From Promethearchaeota archaeon (GTDB lineage Archaea > Asgardarchaeota > Lokiarchaeia > Sigyniarchaeales > SOKP01): a stretch of 64,000 nucleotides of DNA. Under the pieces are notes generated by a model. That model saw only the letters and a list, made by a program, of their open reading frames with translations. It ran no database searches and was not told the DNA's origin. This document shows positions 48,525 to 58,568 of this stretch, in pieces (positions within the stretch are counted from its first letter, which is position 1; every line of letters starts with the position of its first letter). The position numbers and the translations under genes are program-made. The DNA lies in the NCBI GenBank assembly GCA_019058445.1, contig JAHPZA010000003.1:548919-612918 (forward strand), in the 5' to 3' direction.

Positions 48525-49829
48525 ATGACAGAGTATGAAATACAAGAAAAATTAGATATTAAACTTACTTTCCTCATAGGATTCGCTTTTTTCTGCACCT
48601 CGATATCTTGGTCGTTATATAATCAGCAAGTGCCAATTAGTCTTTTAGCATATATAAGCAGTATTGCAATTGTTGGTTTAATAATGGGGCTTGATAATCT
48701 TGTTGGCGTAATTGTTCAACCAATAATGGGAAATGTCTCAGATAACACGAGAACAAAATGGGGAAGAAGGATGCCTTATATCATGATTGGCATTCCTGTT
48801 TCAGCTATATTTTTTGCTTTAATTGCTTTTGAAACATCTTTATTTAGTCTATTATTTTTTATGTTTTGTTTCATCATTGCAATGTCTTTTTACAGATCTC
48901 AAACGGTCGCTTTAATGCCGGACTTTATACAGCCGCAACATAGAAGTAAGGCCAATTCAATCATAAATATGATGAGTGCCATTTCATTAGTTGCTGCTTC
49001 GCTCATCAGTCTTTTTTTGGTCGATCTTAGCTTGCAACTTGCTTATATAACAGTTTCTATAATTATGATTATCGGTTTGATTGTATTAATATTAACGGTC
49101 AAAGAAAAAAATGCGTACAGCTATCAATTACTCTTAATGGCAGAGGCAAGTGGGGCTGAAAAAATTGTAGAAATGAAAGAAAAAGTTGGTTTAAAAGCAA
49201 GTTTTAAAGACGTACTTGAAGAAGATGATAAAAGTACCATTACCATGTTGTTTGCAATATTTTTCATCTCCGTTGGATGGGCTGCTCTAAACGCTTTACT
49301 CACTCCTTATGGAGTAATAATCTTAGGTTTAACAAGAGGACAAGCAGGAGGATTAATGCTTTATGGAGCAATAGCTTTTCTGGTTTCTGCTTTTCCTTTA
49401 GCTGTTTTAGCTGAAAAATATGGAAGAAGATTGTTTATTAAAATCGGACTCATGATATTTAGTGTTTCTTTAATACTAGGTTTTTTCATTCGAGATATAT
49501 TATTGGTTTCAATCCTAATTTTATTTATAGGGATTGCATACGCTTGTATCATCGTTAATACGATAGTAATCATATGGGGATTAGCTCCCTCTGAAAAGAA
49601 AATCGGCACCTATACTGGAATGTACTATTTATTCACCTTCTCAGCTGAAATATTTGGACCGGGATTAGTAGGTTTAATAACAGACTTAACTGGCTGGGAA
49701 TATTTCTTTCTAAATGGAGCTATTTTTCTCATTATTGCTTTAATTTTAATGTTTTTTGTCAAAAGAGAAGAAGCTGAGCTCACAGAAGCAGAAAAATTAG
49801 CGAAGAAAAAAGCAATTCAAGAAATCTAA
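48525..49829 (+). CDS. MFS transporter (sugar/maltose-type)
   Basis: GLDN..VQPIMGNVSDNTRTKWGRRMPY, VALMPD, RSKANS, GTYTGMYY. Confidence 0.88.
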   Translation: MTEYEIQEKLDIKLTFLIGFAFFCTSISWSLYNQQVPISLLAYISSIAIVGLIMGLDNLVGVIVQPIMGNVSDNTRTKWGRRMPYIMIGIPVSAIFFALIAFETSLFSLLFFMFCFIIAMSFYRSQTVALMPDFIQPQHRSKANSIINMMSAISLVAASLISLFLVDLSLQLAYITVSIIMIIGLIVLILTVKEKNAYSYQLLLMAEASGAEKIVEMKEKVGLKASFKDVLEEDDKSTITMLFAIFFISVGWAALNALLTPYGVIILGLTRGQAGGLMLYGAIAFLVSAFPLAVLAEKYGRRLFIKIGLMIFSVSLILGFFIRDILLVSILILFIGIAYACIIVNTIVIIWGLAPSEKKIGTYTGMYYLFTFSAEIFGPGLVGLITDLTGWEYFFLNGAIFLIIALILMFFVKREEAELTEAEKLAKKKAIQEI

Positions 49830-49938
49830 TATTTAATCATTTATTTTTTTTTCTATTTTAATATAATGGGATATTAATAGAAAGGAAACCATTTATAAAA
49901 AAAAAGAGAAATTGATTTTGCATATATTAAATTTTAAT

Positions 49939-50376
49939 TTACTGATACATATCTGATGAACGTTTATCTTTCTTTTCCAGGTCCTCTTTCTTTTTCATAA
50001 ATTCTTTTAGCAATTTTGAGCCTGTTTCATCCCGTTTAAGTACAATTTGGGTTAACACATTTTGCTTTCTTTGAAGCTCAAGTAAAGTGTTAGCGATATG
50101 GTTCATAAGTTGAAATTGGGTCTCGCACATATTTACCAAATCTTCATTAGTGCACTCATCACAGTGTTCAGCACAATTCCTCCAATCTTGAAAAAAAAGA
50201 TCAATATTAATATCATCAACAGTTAAGAGGGTTTTTTCACATTCTTCGCAATTCTTTTCCGCTCGAATTTTCAAATCTCCAATGATTTTTTTTAAAGTCT
50301 GAATCAAATTCCACTTATCTTGATCTGAGAGTTCTTTAAACTCTTTTTCGGTTAAAAAATCGATCTCTTCTGCCAT
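49939..50376 (-). CDS. Hypothetical Cys-containing coiled-coil protein
   Basis: CEEC and CAEHCDEC...C motifs between helical segments. Confidence 0.65.
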   Translation of the reverse strand: MAEEIDFLTEKEFKELSDQDKWNLIQTLKKIIGDLKIRAEKNCEECEKTLLTVDDINIDLFFQDWRNCAEHCDECTNEDLVNMCETQFQLMNHIANTLLELQRKQNVLTQIVLKRDETGSKLLKEFMKKKEDLEKKDKRSSDMYQ

Positions 50377-50424
50377 AACTCATCAATTTAAATTAATTAA
50401 AGATTAAAAAAAAAGATAATTGAT

Positions 50425-50577
50425 TTATAATCCAATCTCGATCTTAATAGATTTCTTATCTTCTGGGACACCCTTAGCTGATTTTATATATCCAAGAATT
50501 AAGTTAATTAACATTTCTCTCATAAGATCATTTAAAGGAATTTCCTTATCATCAATTATTAATTTGACTTCCGTCAT
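50425..50577 (-). CDS. Small protein (50 aa) resembling the MobB C-terminal domain; not in the ORF track
   Basis: MTEVKLIIDDKEIPLNDLMREMLINLILGYIKSAKGVPEDKKSIKIEIGL; ATG 50577, TAA 50425-50427. Confidence 0.7.
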   Translation of the reverse strand: MTEVKLIIDDKEIPLNDLMREMLINLILGYIKSAKGVPEDKKSIKIEIGL

Positions 50578-50702
50578 AAGTAAATCTTAGATAATTTAAG
50601 TTTTAAACCTTCAGTTAATAATTTGAAAATATTGAAGAATTTCTTAAAAAATTGTTGTAATTCTTAAATCTATTATAACTTTTATAATGTATATAAGTAA
50701 AA

Positions 50703-52124
50703 TTAGCCGCTATTTCGGGAATTTAGAATTTGTGCCCTTTCAGAAAGAATTTTACTAATATTTTGGTGATCTTCTTCAAAATATTTTAATGCAAGAACCC
50801 ATAACAAAATTCCCGGTATTGCAATTACTCCAATTAATATAGCCACTAATTGATAATCATAGCCAGTAATAGAAATCAATATTCCTGCGATTAAAGGTCC
50901 GGAACCAAAAGCTATTGTTTCTAACAAACGATTCCAAGATGTTATTTGTCCTTGTGCCTCAGGTAAATTAATATCTTGTAAAACTGGTGGTTGATTTATC
51001 TCATATAATGAAGAAATCGCCCTAGAACTGAGATAAATACAACCAAATAACCATATAACTGGAAAAGAGAACAGTAAAGCAATATCTTTTCCCTGTTCTA
51101 CCGTTAAATAGGGTAATGGGAGAAAAAACATAATAACGAAGGCAAACGCACCGTATGATAGGGCTACAATAATAAAATACAACCGGCGTGTATGGTTTTC
51201 TTGCGATACTTTATCAGAAAATCTCGCTAAGATTACTTGACCGATGACTCCCCCGCTTAGCCCAAAGATTGCTAAAAAAACACCTGTAGCGAAGGGTGAA
51301 AAATTATGAGGTTCTGTTTGCATATAGGGGAGAATTATAATTATTAAACTTCCTAAGAAAACGCTAGTAAAAATACCCTCGATCAAAGCAACCAAATTTG
51401 TCTTACTCAACATTGTTTTTTTCATCATTTCCCTATCAATTTGAAAATCGTATTTCACGGAATCTTTCTTAAGCACATCCAATAACTCTTTATGTTGGGC
51501 ACCCCTTTTAGGTTCTTTTATTTTGAAAACCATTATCACTCCTGAAATTAAAATTGCTAAACCCATTCCACTAAAGACAAGTCTCCAAAATCCAATTTGG
51601 ACTAGATAGCCTGCAATCACAAAACCAACTAATTGAAAAGAATGTCTCGAAACTGAATAGATTCCAAAGAATCTTGAACGATGTGTTTTCGGTATAATAT
51701 CATTAGAAAGTGAAATTACACTAGTATAATTTCCTCCTGCGAAGAATGCAAATATCATTATAAAGAAAAAGAAATACCACCAAGTTTCCATTCCCCTACC
51801 TTCATTAGCAAAGCTCAGCATAATAAAGCTAAAACCTCTAGCAAGAGCTACTATGAAAAGAATGTATGTGCGTTTAAAATTATGATTATCTATAAACTTG
51901 CCAAAAAACACCCCAGATACCGAGGTTACCCACAACATTGATGTGATGAGAAGTCCCATTTCAAAGGCATGAAACGGTTCTCCGGGCCAAAATAAAAAGG
52001 ATAAGGGAACAATTAGAATGAATATCCCGCTAAATGACATAGAAAAAAATCCAGTTAAAACATAGAAAGGCCATATCGTTTTAACAAGATTAAAATCAGA
52101 ATCTTCGTGATTTTTATTAGTCAT
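50703..52124 (-). CDS. MFS transporter
   Basis: About 12 TM segments; NDIIPKTHRSRFFG, EPKRG, DINLPEAQGQ. Confidence 0.85.
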   Translation of the reverse strand: MTNKNHEDSDFNLVKTIWPFYVLTGFFSMSFSGIFILIVPLSFLFWPGEPFHAFEMGLLITSMLWVTSVSGVFFGKFIDNHNFKRTYILFIVALARGFSFIMLSFANEGRGMETWWYFFFFIMIFAFFAGGNYTSVISLSNDIIPKTHRSRFFGIYSVSRHSFQLVGFVIAGYLVQIGFWRLVFSGMGLAILISGVIMVFKIKEPKRGAQHKELLDVLKKDSVKYDFQIDREMMKKTMLSKTNLVALIEGIFTSVFLGSLIIIILPYMQTEPHNFSPFATGVFLAIFGLSGGVIGQVILARFSDKVSQENHTRRLYFIIVALSYGAFAFVIMFFLPLPYLTVEQGKDIALLFSFPVIWLFGCIYLSSRAISSLYEINQPPVLQDINLPEAQGQITSWNRLLETIAFGSGPLIAGILISITGYDYQLVAILIGVIAIPGILLWVLALKYFEEDHQNISKILSERAQILNSRNSG

Positions 52125-52233
52125 AAGATTATTGGGGCTAAAGCCAAGTTTTTATGGTTATTAGAATGAGATTTTTTTTATTAATTTATTGAAATAAAAA
52201 AAAAGGGAATTTATACTTTAATTTTATCGCATC

Positions 52234-52629
52234 CTACATTGTTTCTCGATAATAGACATAGATGTTAAGCACTGTTAATACGATAAGAATTGCATTAGCA
52301 ATCCAAGTCCCTACTTGAGCTGTTGCTGTACCTGGAATCGCGAATGCGCCCCATATACCTATGATTACCATTAGGATTAACCATATGATTGCAATTTCCC
52401 AAAATATTTTTGCCTTTTCTAAATCATCTCGCTTAATAGCCAGTACGTTACCAATTCCGAGAACTAAAATACTTGCCCCAACTTGCCGTAGATTGATCGG
52501 ATTAAATATTTCTGCTTCGGTTATTTGAGCATATGTATCTGGGATTACTAAAAAAAGAAACGCATAAATAAAAGCGGGAATTGCATTGATAATAAATACA
52601 ATTTTTACTTCCTTTGAGAGTTCTGCCAT
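52234..52629 (-). CDS. Small 4-TM membrane protein (paralogue of 55681-56076)
   Basis: MAELSKEVKIVFIINAI...FLVIPDTYA...FNPINLR; four hydrophobic helices; ATG 52629 chosen by comparison with the paralogue. Confidence 0.8.
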   Translation of the reverse strand: MAELSKEVKIVFIINAIPAFIYAFLFLVIPDTYAQITEAEIFNPINLRQVGASILVLGIGNVLAIKRDDLEKAKIFWEIAIIWLILMVIIGIWGAFAIPGTATAQVGTWIANAILIVLTVLNIYVYYRETM

Positions 52630-52901
52630 ATAATTTACCATTTCTTTATTTTTTACAATTTTTTATTGGAATTTCCTTTTCGAAAAGATAGCTAATTAAT
52701 TTAGGAAAGAATTTTATATAAATTTTACAGATCTGTCAATTTATCAAAAAATACTTATTCAAGTTTATGGGCACACTAAAATGTTGGTTGTGAGAGAAAA
52801 ATAATAAGGATGGAGGAGTAGTTCCTATTTTTATATTTATGTTTTTAGTCAATTTAAAAAAAGTTAACAATCTCATTATCTTTATGCTACAATTTAAAAA
52901 A

Positions 52902-55595
52902 ATGGCTCAAGACAAATTAGGTTTAAACGAGACTGAAGCGCTCTGCTATGAACTGCTTCTTATTAAAGGTAAACTTACTGCTGGAGAAGTCTGTATTTAC
53001 GCTAAGCTTGATGAAGAAACTGATTATGAGACAATTAAGGGAATATTGCATAACTTTGTTGAGAGAGGTCTTGCGCAAAAACTCCCAAAAGCTAAGGGAT
53101 TAGTCGATATTTACACGGGAGTTCCTCCGTTTGAAGGATTAATAAACCATTTAGACGATTTTTCCAAAGAGATTGGAGATCTGAAGAAAGAAATCGACAC
53201 TTCCTTGCAAAATCTTAGAGAGGAGGCGCAAAAAGAGGTATCAGAAATCCGTACCAATGTAGAGACAATAATTAATGATGAGAAAGCTGCTATTGATAAT
53301 GGCGTTTCTCAAACCAATATCACTTTATCTCAAATTGTTGAATCTTCTACTTCAGAATATACTGGAGCTTCAGATAAAAGCAAGCAAAAAGTCGAGGAGA
53401 TTACCAATACATCAAAAGCAAAAATTGGAGTAGATTTAGAGAAATTCGAGAAAGCGAGTGTAGATAATATTAACATATTTAAAGAAGAATCAATAAATCG
53501 GGGCAATGAGGCAAAAGATACAATTATTAGTAAATTTGGAGGTTTAGATGAGGAAGTAAAGAATCTATTCACCCTTTCAAAAGACAACTTTGCTAGTACA
53601 TTAAATTCAGCTAAAGATAAATCCATTGCTGATAATAATTCACAACAAGAACAATCCTTGGAGAAAATAAATAATTGGAAAACTGAAACTTTTACTGAAT
53701 TTGAGAATTTGTCAAAAACAACAGGAGATCAATTAGATATAAATCTAAGCAATTTGAAAACAAAAAATCTAGAAAATGCAAAAACACTTAAAGAAAGAAT
53801 AATAGAGCAAAGAAACAGTTTTAAAACAAACATCGATAATAATATTACTTCAAGCCGTGATAAATTAAACGAAACCCTCACAAAGCTCGGTGACGAGGCT
53901 GTAAAGAATTTATCAGAACTTCAAAATGGGCTATCACAAGCATTAGAACAAGGAAATTCAACGTTAAACAGCACTTTAGAGCAGCAGAAAAATTCTCTTA
54001 ATGAATATCTCACTCAAACTTCTACTGATTTAAATTCCAGTTTCAATAATCAAATTACCTCCCTAGATTCGGGCCTAAATGAACAAAAAGATGATTTTAG
54101 CAGCAAAATGAATGACCAATTAGTAAAATTCTTAGAATTTGGAAAAACATTTTTCAATGAAACCAGAGATCAATTCGCAGGTAAAATTAAATCTGTTATT
54201 GAATTTGTCAAAGAAAAGTTTAAAGAATTTAAAGTGGCCACTCAAAATCAGTTTGATACAATCAAGAGCGAGGTAGATACGAAATTTAATGAATTCTCAG
54301 GAAATGTTGCTACTGTTATTGAGAACCTAAGAGAATCGTCCTCATCAAGCATGGAATCAATTGGAAATGAAGTGAAAGGGAAATCGACTCAATTTACTGA
54401 TGAAGTAAAATCGCAGCAGGGAGCTTTGTTAGAAAACCTTGAAAAAGAACTTGCTCAAAATTCAAACAATTATTCTAATCAATTGGATACCGATTTATCT
54501 GAAATCGAAGTGGGTACTGAGGGCGCTTTAAATGAAACAAAAGCAAGTTTGGAAAAGACGATTACAAAATCAAAAGATATAATAAGTGAAATAATTACTA
54601 AGGTAAGTACTGGATTTGAGGTTTTAGCCAAAACTTTTGAGGAAAAAACAAGCAGTAAGGCAGAAGCCGTGATTACAGAAATTTCGACAAAATCGGATGA
54701 AACAGAAGGGAAGTTGACAGATTCTATTGCAAAAGGGACAGAAATTAGCACTGAACACTTTTCAAGTTTCATAAAGAATCTTGAGAGCCCAATCAACTCA
54801 GTTAATGAAAAACTCGGAGCGTCAGTGAATTCATCAAAATCGAGTATAGATTCAAACCTGGATTTATTAATGCAATCCTACTTAGAAACTATTGGTGCTG
54901 CAGAAGATAATTTTGCATCATCCGTTAATGGATTAAAAGAAACTCTTCCAAGTCAAATAAACAGTATCAATTCAGAATTTCAAGGTTCTACTGATAAAGT
55001 TGGGAATGATACTATTAATAAAATTGATGCTCTCACAAATCAAATGTTAGAATCATTTGATAATGCTGTTGCGGGAGTTTCAGATCCCGTGAATAAAGCT
55101 GTTGAAATTGCGAATAACGGAAAAGCTACTTTCGAAAACATTTGGAGTGATGTGAAATCAATGGAGCTTCTCACAGCAGAAGGGACATGGCAGATTGCAA
55201 CACAATACACGATTATGGCTTATCTCGAGGCTATGATAAAAAGGACAAAAGCACATCTATTAATTGTAGTTCCCACTATGTCATTATTACCTCTAAATGC
55301 CATATTAAAGACTAAAATGATGCAAAAAATTACCATTGCATGCAAAATAACTGATAAAGAAATGGCCAACAAACTTACTGCAAAAGACAACGTAGATCTA
55401 CGTTCTATAACCGAGATGATTGTCTCCGCTATAGGGGCCAATCGAGATCAAGAAGAAGCTTTTTATGGACCCTATACCGAAAATCCAAAAGAGATGGTCT
55501 GTACGATAACCCAACAAGACGAACTCATCAGAATAATTGCTGAAATGCTGTCAAGCTTTTACAGAGGTCGTTCAGTAAAATATACTAAAGATTAA
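52902..55595 (+). CDS. TrmB-type wHTH, ~650-aa helical rod with 11-residue repeats, and a TrmB-sensor/PLD-like C-terminal domain
   Basis: LGLNETEALCYELLL..GKLTAGEV...LVERGLA...YTGVPP (TrmB HTH); long Pro-poor amphipathic region; C-terminal IKRTKAHLLIVVP...ANRDQEEAFYG. Confidence 0.75.
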   Translation: MAQDKLGLNETEALCYELLLIKGKLTAGEVCIYAKLDEETDYETIKGILHNFVERGLAQKLPKAKGLVDIYTGVPPFEGLINHLDDFSKEIGDLKKEIDTSLQNLREEAQKEVSEIRTNVETIINDEKAAIDNGVSQTNITLSQIVESSTSEYTGASDKSKQKVEEITNTSKAKIGVDLEKFEKASVDNINIFKEESINRGNEAKDTIISKFGGLDEEVKNLFTLSKDNFASTLNSAKDKSIADNNSQQEQSLEKINNWKTETFTEFENLSKTTGDQLDINLSNLKTKNLENAKTLKERIIEQRNSFKTNIDNNITSSRDKLNETLTKLGDEAVKNLSELQNGLSQALEQGNSTLNSTLEQQKNSLNEYLTQTSTDLNSSFNNQITSLDSGLNEQKDDFSSKMNDQLVKFLEFGKTFFNETRDQFAGKIKSVIEFVKEKFKEFKVATQNQFDTIKSEVDTKFNEFSGNVATVIENLRESSSSSMESIGNEVKGKSTQFTDEVKSQQGALLENLEKELAQNSNNYSNQLDTDLSEIEVGTEGALNETKASLEKTITKSKDIISEIITKVSTGFEVLAKTFEEKTSSKAEAVITEISTKSDETEGKLTDSIAKGTEISTEHFSSFIKNLESPINSVNEKLGASVNSSKSSIDSNLDLLMQSYLETIGAAEDNFASSVNGLKETLPSQINSINSEFQGSTDKVGNDTINKIDALTNQMLESFDNAVAGVSDPVNKAVEIANNGKATFENIWSDVKSMELLTAEGTWQIATQYTIMAYLEAMIKRTKAHLLIVVPTMSLLPLNAILKTKMMQKITIACKITDKEMANKLTAKDNVDLRSITEMIVSAIGANRDQEEAFYGPYTENPKEMVCTITQQDELIRIIAEMLSSFYRGRSVKYTKD
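53916..54146 (+). repeat. Protein-level 11-residue (hendecad) periodicity
   Basis: ELQNGLSQALE/QGNSTLNSTLE/QQKNSLNEYLT/QTSTDLNSSFN/NQITSLDSGLN/EQKDDFSSKMN/DQLVKFLEFGK: position 6 is always L/F, position 10 mostly L/F/M. Confidence 0.75.
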
Positions 55596-55680
55596 TTTCT
55601 TTCTTTTTTATTTTATTTAAACTCCAAATAGATTATTAATAAAAAAAAAAGGATTTTGATTTAAAAAATTCTTTTTTATT

Positions 55681-56076
55681 CTATTTTAAATCTCTATTAT
55701 AGAAATAGGCGTTAAGTATAATTAATACGATTAGTATTATACTATCAAACCACGTTGTTTGTGTATATGTAGGAGAAAGTGGAAGTACAATTAATTCCCA
55801 TATGTTTAGCGCAAGGATTACAACACACCACAATATTGCAAATTCAATTATAAATTTGACCTGTTCGACTTCTGCTCTCTTTAAAGCAATCAGAGCCATA
55901 ATAGCAAGCACTAAAAGTGTTCCTCCAAATGCCCTCCAATAGTAAGGATCAAACACTAATGGATCGACTAAACTGGCATAGGTTTCCGGGATTACTAAAT
56001 AGAGAAATGTAAAGATAAGCGCGGCAATAGCATTAATAATTAACACTATTTTCACTTCTTTTGATATTTCTGCCAT
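55681..56076 (-). CDS. Small 4-TM membrane protein (paralogue of 52234-52629)
   Basis: MAEISKEVKIVLIINAI...YLVIPETYA...FDPYYWR. Confidence 0.8.
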   Translation of the reverse strand: MAEISKEVKIVLIINAIAALIFTFLYLVIPETYASLVDPLVFDPYYWRAFGGTLLVLAIMALIALKRAEVEQVKFIIEFAILWCVVILALNIWELIVLPLSPTYTQTTWFDSIILIVLIILNAYFYNRDLK

Positions 56077-56456
56077 TTATAAAATCATCTCTTGAGATTT
56101 TTAAAGTATTTATTGGATTTGGTTTTTTTAAAAAGATTTAATGTAATATTAGATGGATGTTTATTTATATATTTTTAAAACTTTAAGAATAAACCATCAG
56201 AAATTTGGAAAAAATGAGAATTTTACATTATTTCTGATTAATTTTATTCTTTAAAACAAAATGTTAATAAATTAATTATTTTAATATCTTGAAAGTTAGA
56301 AAGTCTAATAAATCATTATCCAAAGAATTATATTTCTAAAAATAAAAGAAATCATGATAAGCTGCTTTTTGATAAGGGTGAATAAATATTTCTTGAATTA
56401 AACCCGATTCAATTAGTTTACCAAAATTCTGCTAATTTTGAAAAAATGTGAATATT

Positions 56457-57497
56457 ATGAAGAATAAATGGATTTTGTATGGAGCATATGGATATACAGG
56501 GAGATTAATAGCTGAAGAAGCATTATTAAGAGGTCATAGACCTGTATTAGGAGGCCGTTCTAGAGAAAAACTTATACCCTTAGCGAAAGAATTGAATTTA
56601 GATTATAGAATATTTAATTTAGAAAATAAAGAGAACCTATATAAAACGATTTCAGAATTTGATTTGGTTTTTCATGCTGCAGGACCTTATATCCATACAA
56701 GTAAACCAATGGTTCAAGCATGTTTAAAAGCAGGAATAAACTATTTGGATATAACTGGTGAAGTACCCGTGTTCGAACAGAACTTTAGATATGATGAGGA
56801 GGCCCGTGAAAAAGGGATTGCTATAATTTCAGGAGTAGGATTTGATGTTGTACCCACAGATTGTATGGCAAAGTATGTAAGTGAACAAATTAGTAATCCA
56901 TCGCAGTTAGAACTTGCTATTGCTGGTGAAGGAGGGATAAGTCCTGGTACCCTTAAAACAATCTTCGAACATATTTCTACAGGAATATTAATCCGTGAAA
57001 ATGGCCAACTTAAAAATATATCTCTTGGAAAGGGAACACGTGAAGTGACTTTCTCTGATAGAGTACGAGAAGTAACACCAACAGTCTGGGGAGATCTAGC
57101 CTCTGCTTATCTTACAACAGGAATTCCGAACATAAGTGTTTATATGCCTTATTCGAAAACTCTTGGAGATTTAATGAAAGCCACAAGGTTAAAGAAAGAT
57201 AGAGTTAATGAGTGGATCGAAAAAAATATTCAAGGACCTGATGAGTTTACAAGAAACACCGCACGATCATATATATGGGCTCAAGTAACTAATAATAATG
57301 GTCAAGAGGCTCAAGCTTGGTTAGAAACAATGGAAGGTTATAAATTTACTGCTCTTGCTAGTGTAAGGAGCGTTGAAAAAGTTTTTGAATTATCTCCGAA
57401 AGGTGCTTTAACTCCTGCTTTAGCATTTGGAAAGGACTTCGTTCTAGAACTCCCCGAGACAAAGCGTCTCGATAATATTGAAATATTGGTAAATTAA
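56457..57497 (+). CDS. Saccharopine-dehydrogenase-like NAD(P)-binding oxidoreductase
   Basis: LYGAYGYTG, GGRS, AAGPY, YLDITGE, GVGFDVVPTD, GALTPA. Confidence 0.88.
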   Translation: MKNKWILYGAYGYTGRLIAEEALLRGHRPVLGGRSREKLIPLAKELNLDYRIFNLENKENLYKTISEFDLVFHAAGPYIHTSKPMVQACLKAGINYLDITGEVPVFEQNFRYDEEAREKGIAIISGVGFDVVPTDCMAKYVSEQISNPSQLELAIAGEGGISPGTLKTIFEHISTGILIRENGQLKNISLGKGTREVTFSDRVREVTPTVWGDLASAYLTTGIPNISVYMPYSKTLGDLMKATRLKKDRVNEWIEKNIQGPDEFTRNTARSYIWAQVTNNNGQEAQAWLETMEGYKFTALASVRSVEKVFELSPKGALTPALAFGKDFVLELPETKRLDNIEILVN

Positions 57498-57618
57498 GTA
57501 AGATTTTTCGTTTTTTTCCTTATTTTTTTGTTATAGTTTATTTGAATAGTGTTAAATTGTTTCGAATCTATAATTTCTTAATAGCTATCTTTAAACATAA
57601 CTTTATAGTTGGTTCAAT

Positions 57619-58470
57619 ATGGTTTTCGAAACTCTACTATTTGAATTAAGGGATGATGGGATCGGTATTTTGACACTCAACCGACCTGACAACTTAAATG
57701 CAATGTCCTTTCAAATGTTTGAAGATCTTAACCACATTTTTGATGATTTGATGATAAACTTAGATTGCAGAGTTGTCATCTTAAAGGGTCAAGGACGGGC
57801 TTTTTGCGCCGGTTTAGATTTAAATGAAATGAATGTGTTGAATACTAGAAGAAAACCAGAGGAATACAAGAAATTTTATTATTTAAATATTCCCGAAGTA
57901 TTAAAAAACAGAGTTTACTTTCAATCAAGGTTAAGTCGAGTGATTATGAAAATGAGAAAAATCAGCCAACCAATAATTTCTATAATACATGGTCCAGCTA
58001 CGGGTGGTGGATTTGCACTAACTTTAGCATCTGACATAAGAATTGCAGGAGAAAAAGCAAAATTTAATAATGCGTTCATTAAATTAGGGCTTTCTGGATC
58101 TGATGTGGGTACTAGCTATTTTTTACCTCGTCTCATTGGAGTATCTAGAGCTACGGAAATTCTGTATACTGGTAGATTTGTCGATGCCGAAGAAGCAGAG
58201 CGAATAGGTCTTGTTTGCAAAGTGGTAAACGGGAATCAAAATGATTTATTAGCTGCTGCAATGGAAATTGCCGAAGAACTACTCACCAAAAGTCCACTCG
58301 GATTAAGAATGACAAAAGAGGCTATCAATTTATCTCAAGATTCACCGAGTTTGGAAACAATGATCCAGTTAGAAAATCGAGCACAAATGATAGCTAGTGC
58401 ATCAAATGATGTGTTAGAGGGTATGTTAGCCTTTTTTGAAAAAAGAAAGCCGAAATTCCCTAAGCTTTAG
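57619..58470 (+). CDS. Enoyl-CoA hydratase/isomerase family protein (tandem copy 1)
   Basis: LNRPDNLNA, FCAGLDL, HGPATGGGFAL, SDIRIA, SYFLPRLIG. Confidence 0.92.
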   Translation: MVFETLLFELRDDGIGILTLNRPDNLNAMSFQMFEDLNHIFDDLMINLDCRVVILKGQGRAFCAGLDLNEMNVLNTRRKPEEYKKFYYLNIPEVLKNRVYFQSRLSRVIMKMRKISQPIISIIHGPATGGGFALTLASDIRIAGEKAKFNNAFIKLGLSGSDVGTSYFLPRLIGVSRATEILYTGRFVDAEEAERIGLVCKVVNGNQNDLLAAAMEIAEELLTKSPLGLRMTKEAINLSQDSPSLETMIQLENRAQMIASASNDVLEGMLAFFEKRKPKFPKL

Positions 58471-58568
58471 GAATGCTTTAAACAAATGAATCTTTAAAAT
58501 GTTTGAAACTTTTAATTAAAACTATAGGATATAATCCTTATAAAAAAAATGTAGAAATTGATAAAAAT

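Noticed and set aside
52902-55595. SMC/Rad50 or methyl-accepting chemotaxis protein call for the long helical protein
   Set aside because: No Walker A/B, signature, hinge or zinc-hook motif; no TM helices or MCP hairpin signature.
52190-56170. Composite transposon formed by the duplicated flanking genes
   Set aside because: The duplicated units encode diverged membrane proteins; I saw no transposase, terminal inverted repeats or target-site duplication.
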